Source: Pyrinomonadaceae bacterium
GTDB taxonomy: Bacteria; Acidobacteriota; Blastocatellia; Pyrinomonadales; Pyrinomonadaceae
Assembly (NCBI GenBank): GCA_036403235.1
Contig: DASWRI010000044.1
Span: forward strand, 6,193 to 70,192
DNA length: 64,000 nucleotides
Direction of reading: 5' to 3'
The notes beneath the pieces are model-generated. The model was not told where the DNA came from. It did no database searches and worked only from the letters and a program-made list of their open reading frames with translations. A program made the position numbers and the translations under genes. Below, piece after piece: positions 35,673 to 45,032 of the stretch (position 1 is its first letter; each line of letters opens with the position of its first letter).

Positions 35673-37115
35673 TCAGACAAGTTTTGCGCCCGCCGCGCGC
35701 CGGTTTTCCATAATTTGTTGAAACGAAGCCGAAGCGATTTCGGCGGCGCTCAAAGTGGTCGCGTCCAAAATTTCATTTTCCGTCAAAGCGCCGCAGTTCA
35801 GCGCGCGAACAAAAAAATTCAAAAGCCCTTGCGCCGAAGCCGCATCGTCGAAGACGTTTCCGGTCGTCGCCGCCCGTGTCGCTTTTTCGATAAAGTTTTT
35901 TAAGCGCGCCGCCTGGCCCTCCTTTGCTTCGAGAAAAAAAGCGTAAACGGCCGCGTAACGCGCCGCTAATTGCGCCGGGTGCAAATCCCAGCTCTGATAA
36001 AAACCATTGATGAGCGAATGCGTGACGTTGTTAAAATGCGCGCGCCATGCGCGATGAATGACGTATTTATTTTCCTTCGACTCGTTTTCGGATAAATTTT
36101 CGCCTTTGTGAATCGGAATCGGCATTTCGGTCGTGACCGAATCGGAAAGTCTTATGCGGAGCGGCGAGAGCGAAATCAGCATCATCTGACGCGCAAAATT
36201 GCACGCTTCGTGCCGCAGATGCTGGTGCGCGCCGGAAATGCCCAGGCTCGCCGTGTAATCGAAAGCGCCGAAATGCGCCGCGACGACGCGTCCTTTTCCA
36301 GCTTCGACCAAATTTCCGAGCGCGATTTTCCCCTTTTGGCTGACAATCGACTGCGGCGTTTCAATCATTATCTCGATTTTGACTGCGCCTTCCGCCAGAT
36401 TATTTTCCGCTTCAAACCTTTCGAGACGTTTTCGCAGCTCCTTTACTTCGTCCTTGCGCGTAATTTTCGGCAGCGTGACGACAAAATTTTCGGGAAGGCG
36501 GCCGCCGGTTTTTTCGATAAAATTTGTCAAAAATAAATCGAGCGTGCGCGTCGCCCTCTCGAAAGTTTCGGGCGCGAAGGATTTTATTCTGAAACCGCAA
36601 AACGCGGTAATCGTGTTTTCGAGAAACGATTTGGCTAATTCACTTGAAGCGGAAACGGCGTCCGCGTCTTCATCTTCGTCTGTGCGAAATCCGTAGCCGT
36701 CTTCGAAATCGATGCGAAAATCTTCGATTGGCTCACGGCTCAGTTTTTCAATCGTGCGCTCGTAAATCGTCCACGCCAGCCACGCGTTTTCATTTTCCAG
36801 CTTTATTTTTTCGGGATTATCGGCGATTTGAAATTCCAGATTTCGAATGACGTCGGCGTAGCGCGGCAGCGTGTCAGCGCCTTTGAGCCACATCGCATCG
36901 GCGAACTCGACAAAATTCGGCGCGTAAGTTTCGATGGATTTTAGGGCAATCCGCCCGAGCTTTCGCGGCGTATCGGCTTTAAAAAGATGCGCGCCGCCGT
37001 AAACCGTATGTATCGGCGAGCGCGCTTCGTGCGTTGAAATTTTCGTTTTCGAGTCTTTGACGAGTCCTTCGTCAAGCTCGTTTAAGATTATTCTGTCCAT
37101 TTCCCGTAAATCCAT
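35673..37115 (-). CDS. HpcH/HpaI aldolase / citrate-lyase-beta / malate-synthase-like TIM-barrel family protein
   Basis: 480 aa. IEIMIETPQ and AAHFGAFDYTASLGI blocks resemble this superfamily. Specific function unknown. Confidence 0.45.
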   Translation of the reverse strand: MDLREMDRIILNELDEGLVKDSKTKISTHEARSPIHTVYGGAHLFKADTPRKLGRIALKSIETYAPNFVEFADAMWLKGADTLPRYADVIRNLEFQIADNPEKIKLENENAWLAWTIYERTIEKLSREPIEDFRIDFEDGYGFRTDEDEDADAVSASSELAKSFLENTITAFCGFRIKSFAPETFERATRTLDLFLTNFIEKTGGRLPENFVVTLPKITRKDEVKELRKRLERFEAENNLAEGAVKIEIMIETPQSIVSQKGKIALGNLVEAGKGRVVAAHFGAFDYTASLGISGAHQHLRHEACNFARQMMLISLSPLRIRLSDSVTTEMPIPIHKGENLSENESKENKYVIHRAWRAHFNNVTHSLINGFYQSWDLHPAQLAARYAAVYAFFLEAKEGQAARLKNFIEKATRAATTGNVFDDAASAQGLLNFFVRALNCGALTENEILDATTLSAAEIASASFQQIMENRRAAGAKLV

Positions 37116-37145
37116 TTTGTATAAATTACGGAAAATTACAACTCT

Positions 37146-37631
37146 TTACTGCGTTTTTGTCGTCGTCGTTGGCGGCGGGCGAATTCCGGTGTATTGCGCG
37201 GAAGCAATTTTCCAAGCGCCTTTTTCCTTTCGGCAGACCATCGTCGCCCGTATGCTGCGCGCCGGCAGCGTTTTTCCATCGCTCGTAATCGTGTAATTGA
37301 AACGGGCGATGACGACGGCGAATTTATCGTAGCTGCGAATCGAGAACTCGGTCGCATCGGTCGTCGCGCTCATTTTATCGGCGGGCGGTTTTAATTCGGG
37401 CTTGTAAAACCCGAGAACTTTGTCGCGCGCATCAAATTCGCCGAGCGGCGAGATTTCGATGTAGTCCGACGTGTAAATTTTATCGAGCGTCGCCGCATCG
37501 TAGGCGGTCTGCGCGCCGGTCATCTGGTTGACCAGAGATTTCAGCGCTTCGTCGTCCTTGCCGCTCTGCGCGAAAGTCAAACTGCTCGCCAAAAATAAAA
37601 CAAAAGCAAAAATAAGAATTCTGAATTTCAT
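37146..37631 (-). CDS. secreted SnoaL/NTF2-like (DUF4440-like) protein
   Basis: Signal peptide MKFRILIFAFVLFLASSLTFAQS. About 140-aa mature domain ending in a WKIASAQYT-type strand. Confidence 0.55.
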   Translation of the reverse strand: MKFRILIFAFVLFLASSLTFAQSGKDDEALKSLVNQMTGAQTAYDAATLDKIYTSDYIEISPLGEFDARDKVLGFYKPELKPPADKMSATTDATEFSIRSYDKFAVVIARFNYTITSDGKTLPARSIRATMVCRKEKGAWKIASAQYTGIRPPPTTTTKTQ

Positions 37632-37708
37632 ATATAGCTCCGCCGGTTTTTTTATTTGAAAAATCAAAAGTTTTTACGTTCGTTCAGATACTTTGTTTCA
37701 TTCGCCCT

Positions 37709-39100
37709 TTAAAACAATTCGTCCATCGCTTCATCGAGATTTCTGACGCCGACGACGCGGATTCCGAGAAGTTTTCCAAGTCCGGTTTTATTTGTCGCGG
37801 GCAGAATCAATTTCTTAAAACCGAGCGTCTGCGCTTCTCTCGCTCTGGATTGCGCCTGAAGGACGCCGCGAACTTCGCCGGTCAAGCCGATTTCGCCAAA
37901 AACGGCCGTGTCGGGCGGAATCTGCAAATTACGATAGCTCGAAGCAATCGCCGCAATCACGCCCAAATCCGCCGCCGGTTCGTCGATTTCCAAACCGCCT
38001 GCGACATTGACGAAAACATCGTCGCCGCCGAGCTGGAAACCTAATTTTTTCTCCAAAACGGCGATTAAAAGCGATGTCCGGTTGTAGTCGAAGCCCTGCG
38101 CCATACGCCTGCCCGAGCCAAATTTCGTGCCCGAAACGAGCGCCTGAATTTCGACCAGAAGCGGGCGCGTGCCCTCCATGCAAACGGTCACGACCGAACC
38201 GGACGCGCCTTCGGGACGCTCCTGCAAAAAAACTTCCGAAGGATTTCCGACCGGATGCAAACCCTCGTTGGTCATCTCGAAAATGCCGATTTCGTTGGCC
38301 GCGCCAAATCGATTTTTGGTCGCGCGGATAATCCGGTGATTATGATGGCGGTCACCTTCGAAATACAAAACCGTATCGACGATGTGCTCGAGCGCTTTCG
38401 GCCCGGCAATCGAGCCCTCTTTGGTGACGTGACCGATAAGAAAAACGGGCGTTCCGGTCTGCTTGGCAAACATCATAAATTCTCCGGCGACGGCGCGCAC
38501 CTGCGAGACGCTTCCGGGCGCGGATTCGATTTTTGCGCTGAAAACCGTCTGAATCGAATCGACGATGACGAAATCCGGCTTCAGACGCTCGGTTTCCGAC
38601 AAGATGTTTTCGAGATTCGTTTCGGGCAGAAGAAAAAGATTTTCGGCATTTAGGCCGAGCCGCTCGCCGCGCATTTTTATCTGGCGTTCCGATTCTTCGC
38701 CCGAAACGTAGAGGACTTTGCCGCCCGAAGCACTTAATTTATCAGCCATTTGAATGACGATGGTCGATTTCCCGATGCCGGGCGAGCCGCCGATTAAAAC
38801 GAGCGAACCGGCGACGATTCCGCCGCCTAAAACTCTATCGAATTCCTCGATTCCGCTCGTCGCGCGCGCGTCGTCCTGCGATTCGATTTCGGCGTAGGAG
38901 ACGGGCTTAACTTCGCGAAAGGCGTTTTCGCCGAAGCGTACTCCCGCCGAAGAAGCTTTGCCGACCGCCTGCACCGTCGGGCGAAATTTTTCCTCGACGG
39001 CAGTATTCCATTCGCCGCAGTCGGAACACTGCCCAAACCATTTTCGCTCCTGTCGGCCGCAGTTCTGGCAGACGTAAATCGTTGAAGGTGTTTTTGCCAT
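37709..39100 (-). CDS. radA: DNA repair protein RadA/Sms
   Basis: N-terminal zinc finger CQNCG...CSDCGEW, Walker A GGSPGIGKST, KNRFG motif, Lon-like C-terminal domain. Confidence 0.93.
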   Translation of the reverse strand: MAKTPSTIYVCQNCGRQERKWFGQCSDCGEWNTAVEEKFRPTVQAVGKASSAGVRFGENAFREVKPVSYAEIESQDDARATSGIEEFDRVLGGGIVAGSLVLIGGSPGIGKSTIVIQMADKLSASGGKVLYVSGEESERQIKMRGERLGLNAENLFLLPETNLENILSETERLKPDFVIVDSIQTVFSAKIESAPGSVSQVRAVAGEFMMFAKQTGTPVFLIGHVTKEGSIAGPKALEHIVDTVLYFEGDRHHNHRIIRATKNRFGAANEIGIFEMTNEGLHPVGNPSEVFLQERPEGASGSVVTVCMEGTRPLLVEIQALVSGTKFGSGRRMAQGFDYNRTSLLIAVLEKKLGFQLGGDDVFVNVAGGLEIDEPAADLGVIAAIASSYRNLQIPPDTAVFGEIGLTGEVRGVLQAQSRAREAQTLGFKKLILPATNKTGLGKLLGIRVVGVRNLDEAMDELF

Positions 39101-39263
39101 AAATTTATGTAGGAAAACGAGTCAAAATTCGTATTTTTCCGAGACGCTTTCTATTTTACCAGACATTGAAACATGCATAAAATCGGCATCGGCACGGAAA
39201 TTGTCTATAAATTTTACAACTCGCCCGAACGGGTCGAGAATTTTGATTTCAAGGGGTAAAAAT

Positions 39264-39512
39264 ATGGCGAACGACAACCAGAACAACGATTTTCAACCGA
39301 ACGAAGAACAAAACGAGCAAAGCGGAAGCGAGGGTTTTAAGGTGAGCAACCAGGGACAGGGCATCGGCGGCGGAAAGGGGCGTGAAGGCGGTCAGAAGGC
39401 CGGCCAATTTGCCGATGAAGATGATTTCGAAATGCAGACCGACCAGTCAATCGCGCAGGCCGCGCCCGGACAAACCGCGACGGCGACCAATCAGGGAAGC
39501 AGCAACGCATAA
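39264..39512 (+). CDS. small Gly/Gln/Asn-rich hydrophilic protein (stress-protein-like)
   Basis: 82 aa from ATG 39264, GQGIGGGKGREGGQKAGQF. Followed by a strong terminator. Confidence 0.4.
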   Translation: MANDNQNNDFQPNEEQNEQSGSEGFKVSNQGQGIGGGKGREGGQKAGQFADEDDFEMQTDQSIAQAAPGQTATATNQGSSNA

Positions 39513-39530
39513 TCTTTTGTTAATTTAGCA

Positions 39531-39570
39531 AAAATCGCGGGAAAACTGCTCACTTTTCCCGCGATTTTTT
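39531..39570 (+). terminator. rho-independent terminator
   Basis: aaaatcgcgggaaaa / ttttcccgcgatttt stem plus T tract. Confidence 0.7.
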
Positions 39571-39655
39571 ATTTGACCGAAAATTAAAATTGTTCATCCC
39601 GGTGCTTGATTTTCATTATCGGTAAAACTAAATTCGTGATAAAATTCTTTCCGTA

Positions 39656-40804
39656 ATGAAACTTGACGTTCTCATAATCAGAATCGGATTCGTCGCATTG
39701 CTGATGGTGCTCGGCTTTATCCTCAATCCGTTTGAAAAAACGGCTCGGCTCGGTTTTGACTCAATCGGTAACGATATTCGACCGTTTTTGTCGGCCTTGT
39801 TCGGCGGCATTATCGCGCTTTTTATTATCGCCTTTGAAATGCGTGTGCGGCGCGTTTCGCTGAAAACTCTTATCGGCGCGGCCATCGGCTCGATTTTGGG
39901 AATTTTGGGCGCGTTTTTAATCGGCGTTCTGATTTCGATTCAAAAAGAAGCGGCGGTTTCAGCCGAAATGCAGACGTTCTTGACGATTTCACTGGCGTTT
40001 TTTATGGGCTACATCGGTCTCATGGTCGGCGCGGCGAAAGGCGAATATCTTGATTTATCGGTTCTGGGCGGGATTTTTTCCGACAAAAACGTCAAGCGCG
40101 ACTGCAAAGTCCTCGACACGTCCGTCATCATCGACGGGCGCATCGCTGACGTTGCCGAAACCGGATTTTTGGGCGGAACTTTGATAATTCCGCAGTTTAT
40201 TTTGACCGAGCTGCAGCAGGTCGCCGATTCGCCCGACTCGTCAAAACGCCAGCGCGGGCGACGCGGGCTCGACATGCTCCAGCGCCTGCGCAACAATTCG
40301 AAAATCGACATCCAGATTATCGAAACCGATTTTCCGCAGGTGCGCGAAGTCGATTTGAAACTAATCGAGCTCGGCAAACAGCTCGACGCCGTTATCGTCA
40401 CCAACGATTTTAATTTGAACAAAGTTTCGCAGCTTCGCGGCGTGCAGGTTTTGAATATCAACGAGCTCGCCAACGCGCTCAAACCGGTCGTTCTGCCGGG
40501 CGAAGCGATGCGCGTTTTTGTCTTGAAAGAAGGCAAGGAATACAATCAGGGCGTCGCATATCTGGACGACGGAACAATGGTCGTCATCGACAACGCGCGG
40601 CGGCTTATCGGCAAAACCGCCGACGTCGCGGTGACGAGCGTGTTGCAGACGACCGCCGGAAAAATGATTTTCGGGCGTCTTTGGGAAGAAAAAGACGAAA
40701 ATTACGAAAACTCGCCGAACATTCACGATTCGCGTGCGACCGGTTTCAGAAAAACCGCGCGCGATATGCAGAGCGTCAGTTTTATTCCGAATAACGAAGA
40801 ATAA
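39656..40804 (+). CDS. membrane-anchored PIN/TRAM-domain protein (YacL-like)
   Basis: Four N-terminal TM helices, a PIN block VLDTSVIIDGRI...TNDFNL, and a C-terminal TRAM-like beta domain. Confidence 0.8.
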   Translation: MKLDVLIIRIGFVALLMVLGFILNPFEKTARLGFDSIGNDIRPFLSALFGGIIALFIIAFEMRVRRVSLKTLIGAAIGSILGILGAFLIGVLISIQKEAAVSAEMQTFLTISLAFFMGYIGLMVGAAKGEYLDLSVLGGIFSDKNVKRDCKVLDTSVIIDGRIADVAETGFLGGTLIIPQFILTELQQVADSPDSSKRQRGRRGLDMLQRLRNNSKIDIQIIETDFPQVREVDLKLIELGKQLDAVIVTNDFNLNKVSQLRGVQVLNINELANALKPVVLPGEAMRVFVLKEGKEYNQGVAYLDDGTMVVIDNARRLIGKTADVAVTSVLQTTAGKMIFGRLWEEKDENYENSPNIHDSRATGFRKTARDMQSVSFIPNNEE

Positions 40805-40878
40805 GTGAAAAGTGAAAAGTGACAGGTGATAGGTTTTGTTTTCACTTATCACTTTTTAATTATCACTTATCACTTTTT
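40803..40878. repeat. heptamer-word inverted repeat, GTGAAAA/GTGATAA family
   Basis: aagtgaaaagtgaaaagtgacaggtgatagg, loop, then ttcacttatcactttttaattatcacttatcacttttt. Occupies the entire yacL-ispD spacer. Confidence 0.9.
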
Positions 40879-41592
40879 ATGAACGTTGCGATTATAGTTG
40901 CCGGCGGAAGCGGAACCAGATTCGGCGGCGAAATCCCGAAGCAGTTTGTCGAAATTTGCGGAAAGCCGCTCGTCGCGCACACGCTCGATGCGTTCGAAAA
41001 TTGTTCTTCGATTGACGAAATCGTCCTCGTTTTGCCCGCCGTTGAGCTCGAAAATTTCAGAAAAAAAAATAACTCGATTAAATTAAAAACGATTGTCGCG
41101 GGCGGAAAAACCCGCGCCGAATCGGTTTTTAACGGTCTGCAGGCTGTCTCCGGCAAAGCGGAAATCGTCGCCGTTCACGACGGCGCGCGCCCTCTGGTTT
41201 CCGCCGAAGAAATTTCCCGTACAATCGAAATGGCGAAAGAGACGGGCGCGGCGTGCCTGGTCGCGCCCGTCAGCGATACGATAAAAAAAGTTTCCGGCGG
41301 AAAAATAATCGAAACCGTCGACCGCGAAAACTTACGCCGTGCTCTGACGCCGCAGGCATTTCGGCTGGAGATTCTGCAAAAAGCGTTCGATGCGGCCGAT
41401 TTGAGCGAAGCGGCGACCGACGAATGTTTTCTGGTGGAAAAAGCGGGCTTTGAAATCGCGACGGTCGAAGGCAGCGCGAAAAACATCAAGATTACGACCC
41501 GCGAAGATTTGATTTGGGCAGAAGTTTTTTTAAGAGAGAAGTCGGATAATGGATGCCAGATGTTAGAATCCGGCTTCTTTTCTAAAATCTGA
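40879..41592 (+). CDS. ispD: 2-C-methyl-D-erythritol 4-phosphate cytidylyltransferase
   Basis: MNVAIIVAGGSGTRFG N-terminus. Start moved to ATG 40879. The ORF-track extension only translates the repeat (FHLSLFNYHLSLF). Confidence 0.9.
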   Translation: MNVAIIVAGGSGTRFGGEIPKQFVEICGKPLVAHTLDAFENCSSIDEIVLVLPAVELENFRKKNNSIKLKTIVAGGKTRAESVFNGLQAVSGKAEIVAVHDGARPLVSAEEISRTIEMAKETGAACLVAPVSDTIKKVSGGKIIETVDRENLRRALTPQAFRLEILQKAFDAADLSEAATDECFLVEKAGFEIATVEGSAKNIKITTREDLIWAEVFLREKSDNGCQMLESGFFSKI

Positions 41593-41604
41593 AATCTAAT
41601 ATTT

Positions 41605-42087
41605 ATGTATCGAATCGGTTTCGGCAGCGACGTTCATCGTCTGGTTGAAGGCAAAAAATTAATTCTCGGCGGCGTCGAGATTGAATCTGATAAAGGCGCG
41701 GAAGGACACTCGGACGCCGACGCGCTCTCACACGCCGTCACCGACGCGATTTTCGGCGCGCTCGCGCTCGGCGACATCGGCTCGCATTTTTCCGACGCGG
41801 AAGAACGCTGGCGCAACGCCGAAAGCTTTATTTTTCTGCGCTACGCGGTCGGTTTGATGAAAGAGAAAAATTTCAGAATCGGCAATGTCGATGCGGTCAT
41901 TCATCTGGAAAAACCGAAGCTGCGCCCGTTTATCGACGATATGCGCGAAAATCTGGCGAAAGTTTTGGAGATTGAAACTAATTGTATTAGTATAAAAGCC
42001 AAAACAGGCGAAAGCCTTGACGCCGTCGGCGAACGGCGCGCCATCAAAGCCGAAGCGGTTGTTTTACTTGAAAAGGAAAACGTTTAA
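41605..42087 (+). CDS. ispF: 2-C-methyl-D-erythritol 2,4-cyclodiphosphate synthase
   Basis: 160 aa. GFGSDVHRL and GHSDADALSHA zinc-ligand motifs. Confidence 0.93.
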   Translation: MYRIGFGSDVHRLVEGKKLILGGVEIESDKGAEGHSDADALSHAVTDAIFGALALGDIGSHFSDAEERWRNAESFIFLRYAVGLMKEKNFRIGNVDAVIHLEKPKLRPFIDDMRENLAKVLEIETNCISIKAKTGESLDAVGERRAIKAEAVVLLEKENV

Positions 42088-42176
42088 TCGAGCGAGAAAA
42101 TTTTTTCGATGTTTTATTTTTCAAGCCAAAACGCTCCCGAAAGACGAATTTATTAACCGCAACAAGGAGAAAAATA

Positions 42177-42905
42177 ATGAAGCGTTACATTTTTACGGCA
42201 ATCGTGTTTTCCCTGATGTTTGTTTTCGGCCAGTCGATTACGGCGCAGACAAAAACGGTCGATAAAACCAAAAAATCGCTGAAAACATTGAAAAATTCGC
42301 TCACCAAAAATAGCCGTTACGGCGATGAAATCATTTACTGGTTTAATCCGCTGAATTTCAAAAATTGTGAAGTCAGCTACCGTTTTGCGCGTTTGAATGA
42401 AAATGCTTCTGACCGTTTTGCCGCCGTCGCGGTTGACCGCACTTCGCCGCTTGCGAGGACGAATACGGTCAGAAACAGCGAGCTGCCGATTGCCCAAACG
42501 ACGAGCGTTTCGCAGCAAAACGGCAGAACGACAACCGCGCCGCAGGTGACCGCTAACGCAAACTTGAGCCAGCTAAATGCGCGCGCAAAAGTGTTTTATA
42601 ACAATAGTTTTCCGTATTATTACTACGGCATCGACCGCCGGACTTTTTATATGGAACAGGTCGTGACGATTGTCGATTTGTCGGAAATCGACCCGAATTC
42701 GATAAAGCTCCGGACGAGCCCGTTCGGACAGGAATATGTCTTTTTTAATTCGTTCAAAGACAAATCGGGAATTGGAAAGCAAATGTTCGGCAATAAAAAC
42801 GACATGATTGAAGTCGAATCGGATTTCGTTCCGGTTTCGGACAAGAAAAGCGCGCAGAAAATCAGCAGCGCGCTGGTCGAAGCCGTCAACGCCTGTCGCG
42901 AATAA
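42177..42905 (+). CDS. secreted hypothetical protein
   Basis: Signal peptide MKRYIFTAIVFSLMFVFGQSITAQ. 242 aa. Confidence 0.55.
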   Translation: MKRYIFTAIVFSLMFVFGQSITAQTKTVDKTKKSLKTLKNSLTKNSRYGDEIIYWFNPLNFKNCEVSYRFARLNENASDRFAAVAVDRTSPLARTNTVRNSELPIAQTTSVSQQNGRTTTAPQVTANANLSQLNARAKVFYNNSFPYYYYGIDRRTFYMEQVVTIVDLSEIDPNSIKLRTSPFGQEYVFFNSFKDKSGIGKQMFGNKNDMIEVESDFVPVSDKKSAQKISSALVEAVNACRE

Positions 42906-42972
42906 TTCGAGAATTACAAATAAAAAAGACCGCCGATTGTCACCGGCGGTCTTTTTTTATTTGTAATTCGAA
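42906..42972. terminator. extended bidirectional terminator hairpin
   Basis: ttcgagaattacaaataaaaaagaccgccg, loop attgtcac, then cggcggtctttttttatttgtaattcgaa. GC core stem with A/T tracts and outer AATTACAAAT arms. Confidence 0.8.
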
Positions 42973-42978
42973 ACTGAT

Positions 42979-43497
42979 TTAGAAATTGTTCGGAAAATCC
43001 GCGCCATACTCTCTGCCGACGCGGAGAACTTCGTACCACGTCGTGCTTATATCCGAGACAAGCTCGTATTCATTCTGTCTGAAGTTGTCGGAAGTTTCCT
43101 CTCTAGCGGCTTCCTGTTCCATAAAATCGCCGTAATTTCTCCACGCGTTCATGTGCTCAGACCAGGCGGCCTGAAAATCTCTCGGGAAGTCGGAAACATT
43201 CATCGAGCTTGATTCAAAGTAGTATTGATTAATCAATTCGGCGCGTTTTGAGAAATCCGAGCTGTCAACCGACTCTGATTTTTCACGCGAAATACCGTTT
43301 CGTTTATCCTGTTCGAGAAACGTCTTGATTTTATAGCCCGTGTCTTTTCGACAACGATTGTTGGAGCTTCTGAATTCGTAGTTTTTTACCGGCGGGACTT
43401 GATAAATCAGCGCCGGCGAAAAAAGCAGGGCGATAAAGGCCGAAAAAGCGAATGTTGCGAAAAATGTTATTAGTGCTGCAATGTGTTTACTTCTCAT
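42979..43497 (-). CDS. membrane-anchored hypothetical protein
   Basis: 172 aa from ATG 43497 (MRSKHIAALITFFATFAFSAFIALLF...). The longer ORF-track form overlaps deoA antisense. Confidence 0.5.
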   Translation of the reverse strand: MRSKHIAALITFFATFAFSAFIALLFSPALIYQVPPVKNYEFRSSNNRCRKDTGYKIKTFLEQDKRNGISREKSESVDSSDFSKRAELINQYYFESSSMNVSDFPRDFQAAWSEHMNAWRNYGDFMEQEAAREETSDNFRQNEYELVSDISTTWYEVLRVGREYGADFPNNF

Positions 43498-43626
43498 GGC
43501 AAGTTCTATTATTGCGCAAATTCTAAAAAAAGAAAATATTTTTCGGGAGAAAAACCGCTTTTCGTCTAAATTTTCAAAAATGGACATTTGGGCGAGCGTT
43601 GTGCGAAACTTGGACAAACTTTTTCT

Positions 43627-44943
43627 ATGAAACCACAGGAAATCATATCCAAAAAAAGAGACGGCTTTAAGCTCGAGCGCGAAGAAATACAAGAATTTAT
43701 CGACGGCGTAACCGATAAATCGTGGGCGGATTATCAAATTTCGGCGCTCCTGATGGCGATGTTTACGCGCGGTCTGGATTTGGACGAGCAAAACGCTTTG
43801 ACAAACGCGATGCTTCATTCGGGCGAGATTCTCGATTTTTCCGACATCACACAGCCGAAAGCCGACAAACATTCGACCGGCGGCGTCGGCGACAAAACTT
43901 CTTTGATAATCGCGCCCGTCGTCGCCGCGTGCGGCGTCGCCGTCCCGATGATTTCCGGTCGCGGCCTCGGTCACACCGGCGGAACGCTCGACAAGCTCGA
44001 ATCGATTAAAGGCTACAACGTCAGGCTTTCGACCGACGAATTTCGTCAGATTATCAAAACGTGCAATTTTGCGATGGCCGGCCAAACAGCCGAAATCGCG
44101 CCCGCCGATAAAAAATTGTATGCGCTGCGCGACGCTACGGCGACCGTTCCCTTTATTCCTCTGATTGTCGCTTCGATTATGTCAAAAAAACTGGCGGAAG
44201 GTCTCGACGCGCTCGTTTTGGACGTGAAAACCGGAAGCGGCGCGTTTATCCAGGAATTTGCCGAGTCAAAACGGCTCGCCGAAGCGCTCGTTAAGACGGG
44301 AAACGCTTTCGGCGTGCGGACGCAGGCGGTGATTTCGGATATGAGCGAGCCGCTCGGAAAATACGTCGGAAACGCGCTCGAAGTTTACGAATGTCTCAAG
44401 ATTTTGCGCGGCGAGGCGGAAATTGAAATGCGGCCGACGCTTGAGCTTTCAATCGAGCTCGCGGCGGGAATGTTGATTTTGGGCGGCGCGGCCGAGACGA
44501 TTGAAAATGCCAAATCAAAAATTAAAAATGTGATTGATTCGGGCGCAGCGCTCGAAAGATTTCGCCTCAACATCGAATGTCAGGGCGGCGACTTGAAAGT
44601 TTGCGACGCGCCCGAAACTTTGTTTGAAAATGATTTAATCGAATTTGCGATAAAAGCGAAAAAATCGGGTTTTGTCGCGGAAATCGACACATTTGCGCTC
44701 GGCGAAGCCATCGGCGCAATCGGCGGCGGCAGAATAAAAGCCGAAGACGGAATCGACCACGCCGTCGGTTACGCCTGCCGCGCAAAAATAGGCGACGAAA
44801 TTAAAGAAAACGAAACAATCGGCGTTTTATTCTGCCGCAATCAAAATCAAGCCGTCTCGATAAACGAAAAACTGCAAAGTGCTTACCACACGAGCGAAGA
44901 AAAACCGGAAGCTTTGAAATTAATAAAAACAATCGTCAGCTGA
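43627..44943 (+). CDS. deoA: thymidine / pyrimidine-nucleoside phosphorylase
   Basis: MKPQEIISKKRDG start, DKHSTGGVGDK phosphate loop, SGRGLGHTGGTLDKLE. Confidence 0.9.
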   Translation: MKPQEIISKKRDGFKLEREEIQEFIDGVTDKSWADYQISALLMAMFTRGLDLDEQNALTNAMLHSGEILDFSDITQPKADKHSTGGVGDKTSLIIAPVVAACGVAVPMISGRGLGHTGGTLDKLESIKGYNVRLSTDEFRQIIKTCNFAMAGQTAEIAPADKKLYALRDATATVPFIPLIVASIMSKKLAEGLDALVLDVKTGSGAFIQEFAESKRLAEALVKTGNAFGVRTQAVISDMSEPLGKYVGNALEVYECLKILRGEAEIEMRPTLELSIELAAGMLILGGAAETIENAKSKIKNVIDSGAALERFRLNIECQGGDLKVCDAPETLFENDLIEFAIKAKKSGFVAEIDTFALGEAIGAIGGGRIKAEDGIDHAVGYACRAKIGDEIKENETIGVLFCRNQNQAVSINEKLQSAYHTSEEKPEALKLIKTIVS

Positions 44944-45032
44944 GAAAGTTTTTCTGCAAGCCGCGTAAATTTTGTTCGTTCTTTTTTCAGATGTAAAAAA
45001 CATCGGGAATCAGAAAAACAGGAGCGAATAAA

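Noticed and set aside
40819-40878. N-terminal extensions of ispD (from 40819) and coaD (to 52298), and the ORF 19942-20394, which translate as FHLSLF/FTFHF-type peptides.
   Set aside because: These residues are just translations of CACTTTT-word hairpin arms. Canonical family N-termini begin at the internal ATGs.
42979-44085. 368-aa minus-strand ORF overlapping the first 500 nt of deoA.
   Set aside because: The upstream two-thirds is an Arg/Gly-rich antisense shadow of the phosphorylase gene. Only the distal part from ATG 43497, with a TM helix, is kept.
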